Assembly: GCA_963712165.1 (NCBI GenBank)
Contig: CAVQGY010000002.1
Location: 618,795-682,794 of the forward strand
Reading direction: 5' to 3'
DNA: 64,000 nt
DNA from: an uncultured Chloroflexia bacterium
GTDB lineage: Bacteria > Chloroflexota > Anaerolineae > Anaerolineales > UBA11858
Position numbers and translations under genes: made by a program. Under the pieces are notes generated by a model, which saw only the letters and a program-made list of their open reading frames with translations, did not search any database and was not told the DNA's origin. This document shows, one piece after another, positions 39,413-49,341 of the stretch; the stretch's first letter is position 1; each line of letters starts with the position of its first letter.

Positions 39413-40177
39413 TCACGGTATTATTTTGTTGATTAATTCATATACTTTTTTGATTTGTAGCAAGAGTCCGATTGCCATTGTGAAAGCTGTTATACCTATT
39501 ACAAACGGATTTATCATATTTGGCGGGAAGATATCAACTAATAACAGGTCTATACCAATTATTATGAACGCCACGATGGATATTACTAATAGTGTTACAC
39601 CAAACACACGCAAACCACGAGATTTATTCCTGCCACCTCTTTTTAAGTCAAGAGATAAATCTTCATTGATCTCAAGTTCTGGATATACATTTTCAGTTTT
39701 ATATAACCAGTCAATCATTCTTGATCGTATTGATGATAATACGCCTTCAACAGCGGTTGGATGAAACGAAAATCTAGTAACATCAACTTTTAAAACTTCT
39801 TTAATAATGTCAGCCCTTGATATATCTCTCACAGTGATATCATTTTCAAGAGAAGCAAATCTTTCTAATTCCGCAACACCTTGTCTAAGTCTATCTTCAT
39901 TTATGAAGTGGAGTTTTGGATCTGTAATAACGAGCGGCCTGGCCCATTCATCCGATCTGGTCCCAGCTACGGTCCTGTATTCAGGAACAATAGTATCATC
40001 GGTCAATGATGGGTTTAATGATAAATAACCTTCAAGTTCCAATCTTGTCCAATTTTCTAAATCTTGAAACTCTAATCTCTTAGATAGTGTAAGTAATTTG
40101 GGCAGAAGAAGACTCAACGGCGCTGAGTAAGCTTCTTTAGTTATTTCAATGAACAAATGTTTAGTATTTTGATTCAT
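39413..40177 (-). CDS. AbiTii-like domain protein with two C-terminal TM helices
   Basis: LS.LL.K...L...L....L..W...ELEGY....VPEYR. Confidence 0.65.
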   Translation of the reverse strand: MNQNTKHLFIEITKEAYSAPLSLLLPKLLTLSKRLEFQDLENWTRLELEGYLSLNPSLTDDTIVPEYRTVAGTRSDEWARPLVITDPKLHFINEDRLRQGVAELERFASLENDITVRDISRADIIKEVLKVDVTRFSFHPTAVEGVLSSIRSRMIDWLYKTENVYPELEINEDLSLDLKRGGRNKSRGLRVFGVTLLVISIVAFIIIGIDLLLVDIFPPNMINPFVIGITAFTMAIGLLLQIKKVYELINKIIP

Positions 40178-40206
40178 ATTTAATTATTACCGGTCTATGA
40201 TTGTAT

Positions 40207-40307
40207 ACCTAACGGATTGAGCTCACCTGGCGCCGGGTCGTGGTTTGTAAGATCGATTATCCAGGCCGACCACCTTAACCGGCGGTCAGGTGGAGCGGGG
40301 GTTAGGC
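40207..40307 (-). repeat. attC
   Basis: Canonical arms. Confidence 0.92.
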
Positions 40308-41198
40308 GACCATTTCATCATTAATTAACGATACTACCTTTTCAAAGTTCGCCCGTTCATTTTTTCTTGAGGACCTAACGTAATTCCATAGTGCATCAAA
40401 AATCTCTTTATCTTCTTTGAAGATACATAACAAAGGGGAGAAAGCAGTATTTAGAATAGCTAATCTAGAATCTGATTGTGTATCTATAAAGATTTTTAAT
40501 AAAGCTTTGATAACTTTTTGGTCTTTACCAAATCCAATCAAGAGACGGGCAGCATCTTCCATTGTTAGGTTTGTTGATTTCTTTTCACCTAACAATATCT
40601 CTAGAAGATTATCCCGGTCTACATTCTCAAAGTTTATCCGGTGTAAAGCAGAATTAACCAATGACCTAAACTTAATATCATTTTTTCGCTTATCAGATTT
40701 TAATATTTTCTTTAACCTTGGGGCTAATTCTTTTATCTTCAAATAACCTGCCGCTTCAATTTTCCTCTCTTCTTCAATATTATTAGTAAAAGCCTGGATT
40801 ACTAACCTTTTTGCTTCTTTTATTTCATCATCTTCTAGCGCGGAGAATATATACCCTCCTAATCCGTTATATAAGTAATAAGCATAATATCCAAAAACAT
40901 GATAATAGAAATTAATGAAAGCTTCAGAATTATAAGGCTGCTCATTTTTGATCGTGATAGCTAGGTCATATGCTTTTGCTAGGAGTTCAATGATTTTATC
41001 TGGAAACCAATGGTTATGATTATTATTCTCATAATCTGAAATAAGATCCCATATCGCATATAAGTCCGATTCGTAGATACGATCCAGGTATTTTGAAATT
41101 TTTTCTTCCTCCCTGGAGAAATACCAATCTTCCTCCTCTGAAAGAAGACTAATAGTTTGATCAAGTACGAATATTAACTCTTCAGTTTTTGGATCCAT
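40302..41198 (-). CDS. hypothetical protein (HEAT-like helical)
   Basis: 298 aa AT-rich ORF, stop in R''. Confidence 0.6.
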   Translation of the reverse strand: MDPKTEELIFVLDQTISLLSEEEDWYFSREEEKISKYLDRIYESDLYAIWDLISDYENNNHNHWFPDKIIELLAKAYDLAITIKNEQPYNSEAFINFYYHVFGYYAYYLYNGLGGYIFSALEDDEIKEAKRLVIQAFTNNIEEERKIEAAGYLKIKELAPRLKKILKSDKRKNDIKFRSLVNSALHRINFENVDRDNLLEILLGEKKSTNLTMEDAARLLIGFGKDQKVIKALLKIFIDTQSDSRLAILNTAFSPLLCIFKEDKEIFDALWNYVRSSRKNERANFEKVVSLINDEMVA

Positions 41199-41212
41199 AT
41201 TTCAATTTAGGA

Positions 41213-41313
41213 GCATAACGTAATAGCTAACCTGCAGCCGGGTCTTTGTTTTGATGATCCATTATACGAAAACGCCCACCTTAACCGGCTGTCAGGTGGA
41301 GCGTGGGTTAGGT
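41213..41313 (-). repeat. attC
   Basis: Canonical arms. Confidence 0.9.
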
Positions 41314-41317
41314 AGCA

Positions 41318-41842
41318 TCAATCATTTTCAGCTTGGTTCTTGTTTTTAATTGAAATATATATGAACCCACTTAATGCACTTGCACCTGTAGCTACTGGTA
41401 AAAATAAAAGTGAGTTAAAAACTAAGAACCCCATTAATCCTTGTGGGGTTAATAGAAAGGAAAACAAACTATCTTGAACAAACTCTAATTGTTCTGGTGA
41501 GTATGCTCTGAATATCAGATTTTGATCACCAATAAAAGCTAATGCCATTCTAGCAACTATTGAAACGAAACTATCTATGATTGCAGCTGATAATCCAGCT
41601 AATGCTCCAAACTTTGCACCATTAGAGGGTAAAGAATCATTTGGCATATAATAGCCCGCAAGGATTCCCGGTGCTGGATAAAGTAGCAGAAATGAACAAC
41701 ACTTTATCCAATCGATAATTGCCCCAATAGCTGGGGGTAATATGTAACTAAAGAATCCAAAAATAGTTATTAGGCTAAGAACAATTCCGCCAATTAAGCC
41801 AGCTTTCATCCAAGTTTTCATAGTTCTTTCCCTATGATTCAT
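41318..41842 (-). CDS. hypothetical membrane protein
   Basis: AGLIGG, GA..GALAG helices. Confidence 0.65.
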   Translation of the reverse strand: MNHRERTMKTWMKAGLIGGIVLSLITIFGFFSYILPPAIGAIIDWIKCCSFLLLYPAPGILAGYYMPNDSLPSNGAKFGALAGLSAAIIDSFVSIVARMALAFIGDQNLIFRAYSPEQLEFVQDSLFSFLLTPQGLMGFLVFNSLLFLPVATGASALSGFIYISIKNKNQAEND

Positions 41843-41853
41843 ATACCTTTGCT

Positions 41854-41953
41854 ACCTAACGGATGAGCTCACCCGCAGCCGGGTCTTGTATTTATTGTAG
41901 CAAATCCCAGGCCGCCCACCTTAACCGGCTGTCGGGTGGAGCGGGGGTTATGT
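41854..41953 (-). repeat. attC
   Basis: Canonical arms. Confidence 0.92.
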
Positions 41954-42661
41954 GGGTTCATCTATTACCAACGATGTCCAATAAGCTTTACCTGATCCAC
42001 CCGCGCCTAAAGGATCTATTGATAGAAATTTATCTAATAGTTCCTCTTTCTTGGATAATTGATTATCTTGCTCAGCAGAGTTAATGTAGAAGAAATCTGT
42101 TTCATTGCTCGCAGCGAAATTAAGGCATTGGAACATTTTCTGACTACTTGAAAACATTGTACGGACCTCATCTTCTGAACCGATACTTTCATGATCCCAA
42201 AAGACAACCGGACAATCACCGTCGTCCATTTGCTCCCTGGTATCGAAACATACAGGACCAGCATCCCAGAATGACTCCGCTCCAAATGGAACAAGACCGA
42301 TTTCAATAATCCGCTCAGGAGCCCAAGAATTGAAGCATAAATCTGTCAATGTTCCAGACCAGTTTTGTGGTGTATGCTCTGGAAATCTAATACCTTCTTC
42401 CGTCAAACGGAAAAAGTATTTGTACATCAAGAAATCCTTATATAAAGGAGGATATGAGTGGTTTATTTCCTTTTCAATTTTCTCTATATCACTCATTGTT
42501 ACTTTACTTGGTATAGCTTTCCAGTTATACAACCCACTCTTACTTTTGAAAGGACGCCCTCTCATTAACCTCGGAGGCTTAAGAGGACAAGTCATAAATC
42601 CATGGCTATCCATGTAATTCAAAGCTGTATCAACAAATTTAGTTGCGATAGATTCATTCAT
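41948..42661 (-). CDS. SMI1/KNR4 (SUKH) family protein
   Basis: DIEKIEKEI..SYP..YKDFL, LVPFG, CFD, PVVFWDHE. Confidence 0.8.
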   Translation of the reverse strand: MNESIATKFVDTALNYMDSHGFMTCPLKPPRLMRGRPFKSKSGLYNWKAIPSKVTMSDIEKIEKEINHSYPPLYKDFLMYKYFFRLTEEGIRFPEHTPQNWSGTLTDLCFNSWAPERIIEIGLVPFGAESFWDAGPVCFDTREQMDDGDCPVVFWDHESIGSEDEVRTMFSSSQKMFQCLNFAASNETDFFYINSAEQDNQLSKKEELLDKFLSIDPLGAGGSGKAYWTSLVIDEPT

Positions 42662-42670
42662 AATGAAGCC

Positions 42671-42771
42671 AAATAACGAATGAGCTCACCCGCAGCCGGG
42701 TTTTATTTTAGCCCCATCACACTTCCCAGGCGCCCAACTTAACCGGCTGTCGGGTGGAGCGGGGGTTAGGA
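42671..42771 (-). repeat. attC
   Basis: Canonical arms. Confidence 0.92.
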
Positions 42772-43557
42772 TGCATCTTTTCTATCTGATCTAATCGCAC
42801 TTAAGTTATAGATTACTACTACTAATAAGAGAGAGACAACAACAAACACAATACAACCAAATACTTGCTTTTCCCAATATGATGGACCATGTGGATTATA
42901 AAACGCTTCACTTGGATAGCATTCATTTAGGGAATAAATTACTGTAACTTCAACGCTAAACTCCTCATTCTCATAAATGTATGGTAAGTTGAATTTCTGC
43001 TGATCTGGAACTATAACATCAACTGGTCTATCACCCCCATACCCTGATACATTATTGTTCTCGAATAAATCAAGATAATAACTTAATCCGATTGGCATTA
43101 GCCCATTATAACTAGGGCTCAGACTCAGCATTTTCAATCCATGGTAACTCTCGATGATTTCCCAGTCGTAATACCATTTTGTTCCTTCTGTATTACTAAT
43201 ATATGCCCATTCCCAAGCTCTATTAGAAACAACTTTCAAGCACAGGTCTTCTGTCGGGCAAGGCTCATAATCACGATGTGATTCCATCCATTGTGATTCG
43301 GATTCTAAATATATAGGAATGTTTGTTTCATTCGTTATGTTTATTAAGTCAGAATTATCAAAACATAAATCTGGATCTTGCCTTTCAATGAAGAAATTGA
43401 TTCCATCTGGAGAATTATGATCTTCGAGTTCAAAATGAACGATAAACCAATCTAATGGCAATGGCGGACTAGCTTCAGCCGAACAGGAAGCAAGTACCAA
43501 TATGGCCATTATTGAAACAAGTATCCAAACGAAGAGCTTTATTATTTTGACCTTCAT
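42766..43557 (-). CDS. hypothetical lipoprotein with C-terminal TM
   Basis: Lipobox LASC; stop in R''. Confidence 0.6.
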   Translation of the reverse strand: MKVKIIKLFVWILVSIMAILVLASCSAEASPPLPLDWFIVHFELEDHNSPDGINFFIERQDPDLCFDNSDLINITNETNIPIYLESESQWMESHRDYEPCPTEDLCLKVVSNRAWEWAYISNTEGTKWYYDWEIIESYHGLKMLSLSPSYNGLMPIGLSYYLDLFENNNVSGYGGDRPVDVIVPDQQKFNLPYIYENEEFSVEVTVIYSLNECYPSEAFYNPHGPSYWEKQVFGCIVFVVVSLLLVVVIYNLSAIRSDRKDAS

Positions 43558-43575
43558 TATGAATCTCGTTTTGCA

Positions 43576-43676
43576 TCCTAACGGATTGAGCTCACCTGCA
43601 GCCGGGTCTTGTTTTAATGATCCATTATCCCAGGCCATCCACCTTAACCGGCTGTCAGGTGGAGCGGGGGTTATGC
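43576..43676 (-). repeat. attC
   Basis: Canonical arms. Confidence 0.92.
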
Positions 43677-43689
43677 AGAGGCTTTATTG

Positions 43690-44160
43690 TCACCTTAGCC
43701 AATAAGATTGGAAATCCGACTCACACATCTGCATTAACCAATTCCTCAACCCGGTAGCAATGCTCTCCCATTGAGATGGATCATGCTCATGAAATCCATC
43801 CAGAACAGGAGATTCCTCACCTTCCAAATTCCTGGTGTCAATTATTATGTAGTCTCCAACACCCTTAAGCATAGCGAATGGAATTAAACCCCTAACCGTT
43901 TCCCCGCCATAAACCTCAGAGAGTTTGCGACACCTAAAATCGAGCTCGTTAGCAGAAAAAACTGAGTATTCACCAAGTAGTGCGCCATTTGAAAATATAT
44001 AGAAAAATTCAAGCTCTCTTGGAATTTCAAAAATCATGTTTTGTTTTAAGTCTTGCATTTTCCCAGCGGCAATGCCTTCCTGAAGTTTGAATCCAAACTC
44101 AGGATCTTTTCTAACTTCCTCTGGAAGTGACTTTATGTATTCCCTCAGAAAGTCGTACAT
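43690..44160 (-). CDS. SMI1/KNR4 (SUKH) family protein
   Basis: IP.EL..FY..SNG, LIPFA...GDYI.ID, IA.GL..WL. Confidence 0.8.
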   Translation of the reverse strand: MYDFLREYIKSLPEEVRKDPEFGFKLQEGIAAGKMQDLKQNMIFEIPRELEFFYIFSNGALLGEYSVFSANELDFRCRKLSEVYGGETVRGLIPFAMLKGVGDYIIIDTRNLEGEESPVLDGFHEHDPSQWESIATGLRNWLMQMCESDFQSYWLR

Positions 44161-44198
44161 CTTTTATTTTCCTGCTAGCCTTGAAAAAAATCGCCGAT

Positions 44199-44322
44199 GC
44201 ATAACGTATGAGCTCACCCGCAGCCGGGTTTGCATTTAATGATTATAGAACCAAAACCAATAAGGGGAAAAGATTAATAAAAGCCCGGCGTGGCAGGCTG
44301 TCGGGTGGAGCGGGGGTTAGCT
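44199..44322 (-). repeat. attC
   Basis: Canonical arms. Confidence 0.92.
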
Positions 44323-44337
44323 GGCGCCCCATTGCAT

Positions 44338-44797
44338 TTATTGGTCAGATAGCAGTTGGGGAGCCAGTTTATTAGGGTAACGATAATCCTTCGGTCCGCA
44401 GGGAAATTCAGACAGCCAAAGTTCAAGACCCAACAAGCTAAAATCTTCATGCATTTGAATGTAAGTCTTTGCATTAAGTATGAGGTCATTCATTGTGCCA
44501 AGCACACTTGGATTGGAGGTTCTTGCGATTGATACCTCTCTCATCTCGGCTAATTCCATGGATACGGCTCGCTCTGAAACATCTAAATGAAAAAGAAGTT
44601 CAGATAACCTTGAGCGGAAATTGGGAAGTAATTGCTTTAAGTGGCATGATAACTGATAATAATGATTGCTAAAAGATGATCAAACGATGATGCCCTTGAA
44701 CAAAACGTTTCCATACCAATCTCCCATCGATTAGGTGGGGAATCCACACGGACTTGTAGCTTATCAATAATTTTCGCGTACATCTAACTGAGAACAT
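44338..44797 (-). pseudogene. second copy of the DUF6933-like cassette with multiple small deletions
   Basis: Matches 34367-34855 apart from several indels. Confidence 0.7.
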
Positions 44798-44814
44798 TGG
44801 ATCTTTTATTGTCC

Positions 44815-44939
44815 AGCTAACGGATGAGCTCACCCGCAGCCGGATGGGCTTTTAATGATTATAGATTAAGAACCAATAAAGGGAAACGAAAGACCAAATT
44901 ACCAACGTGGCAGGCTGTCGGGTGGAGCGTGGGTTAGCT
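44815..44939 (-). repeat. attC
   Basis: Canonical arms. Confidence 0.92.
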
Positions 44940-45239
44940 TACAGGAGAATAGATCCGAACTTCATTTTCAAGCCGATCTTCGAGCCGATCTTTTTCGACC
45001 TCTAAATCATACCGTGCCTGCAAGCGGAGCCAAAATCCTTCTGACAACCCAAAAAATCTTTCCAGGCGCAAGGCAGTATCAGCAGATACACCACGTTTTC
45101 CATGGACTATCTCATTAATCCGGCGAGGTGGAACACTAATGTCTTTAGCAAGACGATACTGGCTAATACCCATAGGAATTAAAAACTCTTCTAATAGGAT
45201 TTCTCCAGGATGAATCGGATCAAGTTTTTTACTAGCCAT
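44934..45239 (-). CDS. higA: HigA antitoxin
   Basis: HPGEILLEEFL, RINEIVHGKRGVSADTALRL. Confidence 0.92.
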   Translation of the reverse strand: MASKKLDPIHPGEILLEEFLIPMGISQYRLAKDISVPPRRINEIVHGKRGVSADTALRLERFFGLSEGFWLRLQARYDLEVEKDRLEDRLENEVRIYSPVS

Positions 45240-45241
45240 AA

Positions 45242-45529
45242 TTACTCCCTGTGGTAATCAACAATTTCAACATGATGAGCAGCCCCATTTTTCCAGACAA
45301 AACATATACGCCAGCGTTGGTTAACCCGGATACTGTGTTGTCCATCACGATCACCAACTAATTTTTCTAAACGATTTCCAGGTGGAATTCGCATATCATT
45401 AAGAACTTTTGCAACGTTGAGGAGTTCAAGTTTGCGACGGGCATTACGTTGGATGTCAGGTGGAAGTTTCCGAGAAAACTCCCGGTTAAAAACTTTCTCA
45501 GTTTCAGTATCTGCAAAGCTCTTAATCAT
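45242..45529 (-). CDS. higB: HigB toxin
   Basis: MIKSF, RIPPGNRLEKL.GDR.GQHSIRVNQRWRICF. Confidence 0.92.
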   Translation of the reverse strand: MIKSFADTETEKVFNREFSRKLPPDIQRNARRKLELLNVAKVLNDMRIPPGNRLEKLVGDRDGQHSIRVNQRWRICFVWKNGAAHHVEIVDYHRE

Positions 45530-45536
45530 TAGTTGT

Positions 45537-45565
45537 ATAATAACGCATTGCGATAATAACGTCAA
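45537..45565 (-). promoter_or_regulatory. higBA promoter TTGACG-N17-TATTAT
   Basis: cgtcaa 45560-65, ataata 45537-42. Confidence 0.7.
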
Positions 45566-45606
45566 GCGTTACTATAGGGAAATTATTGAGAAGTAGTTTT
45601 CCTGGA

Positions 45607-45730
45607 AGCTAACGGAATAGCTCACCCGCAGCCGGATGGGCCTTTAATGATTATAGAACCAAAACCAATAAGGGGAAAAGAGTAATAAAAGTCCGACGTG
45701 GCAGGCTGTCGGGTGGAGCGGAGGTTAGGT
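45607..45730 (-). repeat. attC
   Basis: Canonical arms. Confidence 0.92.
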
Positions 45731-45742
45731 GTTGCCTTTTGA

Positions 45743-46693
45743 TTAGTCACGCCAAACGGGATATATTCCATCGTCTAACAACTTAATAATCTCACCAGTT
45801 GCCACGTTCAATTTAAAGATGCTGTAGTCCTCTATTTGAGCACACATACCTTTTGATTTTGGTACCATACACAAATGGTAAACAAGCCATTTTCCATCAG
45901 GAGACCATTGTGGTGCTGGTGGGACATCCTCAATAAGTAATTTGCTGCCTGACATAATTGCATCATAGTCTACCAATTTGGTAGTTGATAAATCATGGAG
46001 CGAAATAATATAAATACCATCGAACCAAGTATAAGCGGCCGAATTGCCGTCCGGAGAGAGTGCCGCATTTAATCCTTGCCCAATGTTTTCTGTTTCTTTT
46101 GATTCTTTATTCCACAACTTCATGGTAAATCCATAGGGGTTAACAGACCTTTGCGAATAAAGAATAAAGTTATTTGATGAAGAAACGGAGAAACTTATTA
46201 TTGTCTGTAGTTCGCCTGGTTTGGAATCCTCGACTTCCACATATACACTTACCTCTTTACACTTTTCAACATCAACAAGAATTATTCTAGAATAATTATC
46301 AAGTAATATCACATGCTTTGGATCAGGTAATGGTGATGCAATCCAGCCAATTTGCCATTTTCGCCAATTGCATATAGAGATCGTTCCGTCATAATTCCAG
46401 ATTGAAAAATATCCTGGGTCGCTGTGAGGATATCCGAAATCTCCTGGGGACTGACGGAATAATAACTTACTTCCATCACCAGACCATGTAGGTTGTGTTA
46501 CATAGATATCAGTATTGATAACCTCTGCTAATGATCCGTCAGCATTGATGAATCCTATCTTAGGATCATCAACATCATTAGCTTCATAAACTATCTGTCT
46601 ATCGGGTAAATCCGGCAGGTGTGTCCTTGAACAACTTAACAATAACAGGGTGGAAATGACCGCAAATGAAAGCAAAGCGATGCATTTCTTCAT
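45743..46693 (-). CDS. TolB-like beta-propeller lipoprotein
   Basis: Lipobox LLSC; P.WS.DG and P.WSPDG repeats. Confidence 0.8.
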   Translation of the reverse strand: MKKCIALLSFAVISTLLLLSCSRTHLPDLPDRQIVYEANDVDDPKIGFINADGSLAEVINTDIYVTQPTWSGDGSKLLFRQSPGDFGYPHSDPGYFSIWNYDGTISICNWRKWQIGWIASPLPDPKHVILLDNYSRIILVDVEKCKEVSVYVEVEDSKPGELQTIISFSVSSSNNFILYSQRSVNPYGFTMKLWNKESKETENIGQGLNAALSPDGNSAAYTWFDGIYIISLHDLSTTKLVDYDAIMSGSKLLIEDVPPAPQWSPDGKWLVYHLCMVPKSKGMCAQIEDYSIFKLNVATGEIIKLLDDGIYPVWRD

Positions 46694-46715
46694 AATCTAT
46701 CTGTCCTTGTCATAC

Positions 46716-46818
46716 ACCTAACGGATGAGCTAACCCGCAGCCGGGTCGTAGGTTTGTGAAGGATCAATTTCCCAGGCCATCCACCTTAACCGGCTGTCAG
46801 GTGGAGCGTGGGTTAGCC
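46716..46818 (-). repeat. attC
   Basis: Canonical arms. Confidence 0.9.
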
Positions 46819-46858
46819 TCTTATGGATCGATGTAATCAGTCCTGCAAAGATTCAGTT

Positions 46859-47314
46859 TCATACAGTTATGGCAGCACCGATTTTCCAGTATTCTTGATC
46901 CAATCCTTCCTCTCTGCAAAACTTATAAAAGTCTGGGGCAAGTTTTCTAGTCATTTCTTCACAAGTATAAATTGGTTTATCACTATCTGGTATTGTCTCA
47001 CCCCATCCTTCCTGAGGGTCTAAGCCATTGCTTACGGCAAGAGCAGCCATGAACACATAAACACTTTGTTGACCTTCATGGACCTCAGACAATAAAACAT
47101 TACCTGGACCACTTTTTATTATTATTTCATCAAGATTATCAACGGTTTCCTGCAGGATGATTAATCCGGCAACACTGCTGACAGTGGCAATATCTGTTTG
47201 AATATGGCCTTTTGGTAGTTGAGTAAACTTGGGTCCTAATAAGCCTAGGGCCTTGCTTGAAACCGCAGACAATTTATCCCATCTTTTATTTATATCTTCT
47301 TGAGAAAAAACCAT
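46859..47314 (-). CDS. hypothetical protein
   Basis: 151 aa cassette ORF with AAGGA RBS. Confidence 0.6.
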   Translation of the reverse strand: MVFSQEDINKRWDKLSAVSSKALGLLGPKFTQLPKGHIQTDIATVSSVAGLIILQETVDNLDEIIIKSGPGNVLLSEVHEGQQSVYVFMAALAVSNGLDPQEGWGETIPDSDKPIYTCEEMTRKLAPDFYKFCREEGLDQEYWKIGAAITV

Positions 47315-47356
47315 GTTGCATCCTTTTGATGATTTTCAAAGTATCAAAATAATGCC

Positions 47357-47457
47357 ATCTAACGGATGAGCTCACCTGCAGCCGGGTTGTGGTTTGTAAG
47401 ATCGTGGGTCCCAGGTCGTCCACCTTAACCGGCTGTCAGGTGGAGCGGGGGTTAGCA
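47357..47457 (-). repeat. attC
   Basis: Canonical arms. Confidence 0.92.
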
Positions 47458-47468
47458 TACCAATTTTA

Positions 47469-47873
47469 TTATCCTAACCTCGTTAACAGATCGTCGATTG
47501 CAGCATACCAATCAGTTGGAGTATCACCACCTTCTTCCCAAAGAAGCTTTAGCTCGGAGGTATCATCATGCCTGATTATATTTACGGCTTTGCGAGTCTT
47601 TTCTACCAATTTCTCATCAGGTTTCTTCTTTTGAGATTGAATCCATTCAGGAACACCAATGGGTAGCTTCTCGAGAGGTTTTCCAATTAAGGCAGCAATA
47701 ATCTCTGCAGCAGCAAGTCCCTCGCAACAAATATTTAAATCTATAAATTTCCGGGAATCTACGACCTTGGAAATCGTTTTTTCTACTAAACGAAGCTTTC
47801 TTGATTCCTTGAGATCATAAATCCAATCTAGCGCGGTGTCATTTTCGAAATTTCCAGCTCCCCATGCACCCAT
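47469..47873 (-). CDS. DUF4259 domain protein
   Basis: MGAWG.G.FENDTALDW, LAAAE, SEL..LW.E. Confidence 0.88.
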   Translation of the reverse strand: MGAWGAGNFENDTALDWIYDLKESRKLRLVEKTISKVVDSRKFIDLNICCEGLAAAEIIAALIGKPLEKLPIGVPEWIQSQKKKPDEKLVEKTRKAVNIIRHDDTSELKLLWEEGGDTPTDWYAAIDDLLTRLG

Positions 47874-47904
47874 GTTTCTCCTCCCTTTAGAAGATGTTTG
47901 GTTA

Positions 47905-48006
47905 TGCTAACGGATTGAGCTCACCTGCAGCCGGGTCTTGGTTTGAAAGATCATACATCCCAGGCCGTCCACCTTAACCGGCTGTCAGGTGGAGCGGGGG
48001 TTATGT
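47905..48006 (-). repeat. attC
   Basis: Canonical arms. Confidence 0.92.
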
Positions 48007-48019
48007 TGTGAGTATATAC

Positions 48020-48412
48020 CTAAACAAGACAAATTGAAGTGGTAGAGACAGATAGATTTATCTCCAAGCTGGGGGTTGCTGCAACAGCCCAAGAACACTC
48101 CTTATCAGACTGATTAATGTTTTGAGGTAGATCAATATTTGACTTGATGTTATTTTGTGTTAACCATATTCTTAATTGATCAAGAATCTCCAACTGTTTT
48201 GGCACTGGTAAAGCAGTATTTGAGGGGGTTTTCCAATAACTGAAACCTCCCAAAATTAAAATATCGGAAGGAGAAGAGGAATTGCCCATTTCCCATTCGA
48301 TTTCAAGCATTTGCCCAGACTCTTCGTAGGAGATAGTACCCATCCGCATTGAGCTGGTCAATCGAAATGGACTTTCATCAGATTTCATATCAGCTTTGTT
48401 TTGATTATCCAT
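48020..48412 (-). CDS. hypothetical protein, possibly immunity-like
   Basis: G.I.YEE.G..L.I.WE, W..P pattern; C-terminus may be frameshifted. Confidence 0.5.
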   Translation of the reverse strand: MDNQNKADMKSDESPFRLTSSMRMGTISYEESGQMLEIEWEMGNSSSPSDILILGGFSYWKTPSNTALPVPKQLEILDQLRIWLTQNNIKSNIDLPQNINQSDKECSWAVAATPSLEINLSVSTTSICLV

Positions 48413-48416
48413 AACA

Positions 48417-48590
48417 ACATAACGGATAGCTCACCCGCAGCCGGGTCTGGTTTGAAGATCCTATCCCAGGCCGTCCACCTTAACTATGAGCTCACCGCAG
48501 CGGGTTTGCATTTAATGATTATAGAAAAAAAATAAGGGGAAAAGATTAATAGAAGCGGGTGCAGGCTGTCAGGTGGAGCGGGGGTTAGCT
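48417..48590 (-). repeat. fused/chimeric double attC
   Basis: One attC is cut at ..CCTTAAC (48484) and joined to TATGAGCTCACC of a 44199-type attC; many 1-nt deletions. Confidence 0.7.
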
Positions 48591-48605
48591 GGCGCCCCAT
48601 TGCAT

Positions 48606-49096
48606 TTATTGGTCAGATAGCAGTTGGGGAGCCAGTTTATTAGGGTAACGATAATCCTTCGGTCCGCAGGGAAATTCAGACAGCCAAAGTTCAAGACCCA
48701 ACGAGCAAAATCTTCATGCATTTGAATGTAAGTCTTTGGATTAAGTATGAGGTCGTTCATTGTGCCAAGCACACTTGGATTGGAGGTTCTTGCGATTGAT
48801 ACCTCTCTCATCTCGGCTAATTCCATGGATACGAGCTCGCTCTGAAACATCTGAAATGAAAAAGAAGTTGCAGATAACCTTGAGCGGAAATTGGGAAGTA
48901 ATTGCTTTCTCTCTCGAGAGTGGATGATAACTGATAATAATGATTGCTCACTTACAAAGATGATCAAACGATGATGCCCCTTGAACAAAACGTTTCCATA
49001 CCAATCTCCCATGCGATTAGTTGGTTGTGGTGGGGAATCCACAGCTGGTACTTGTAGCTTATCAATCAATTTTCGCGTACATCTAACTGAGAACAT
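48606..49096 (-). pseudogene. third copy of the DUF6933-like cassette, frameshifted, lacking its own R'
   Basis: Matches 34367-34855 with indels; joined at ~49115 to unrelated AT-rich DNA. Confidence 0.65.
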
Positions 49097-49341
49097 TGGA
49101 TCTTTTATTGTCCAGGAATTATTGCCGAATCGATATTGAGAATTCTGGAGCTTACTTAACTGACATTGGAGAAATAAATGCACCTGTGTTATTGCATTAA
49201 TGATTTTTTTGTTCAAAATGAAGTTGTGTTCTATTGGATATGAGTATTTGGTTTGAATAGGAAGGAATTAGAATTGGAGTTTTTGATACTACGTGTGGAA
49301 ATAAAGAATTCGTTAGATGAGCTGTATTATAAATAATCACC

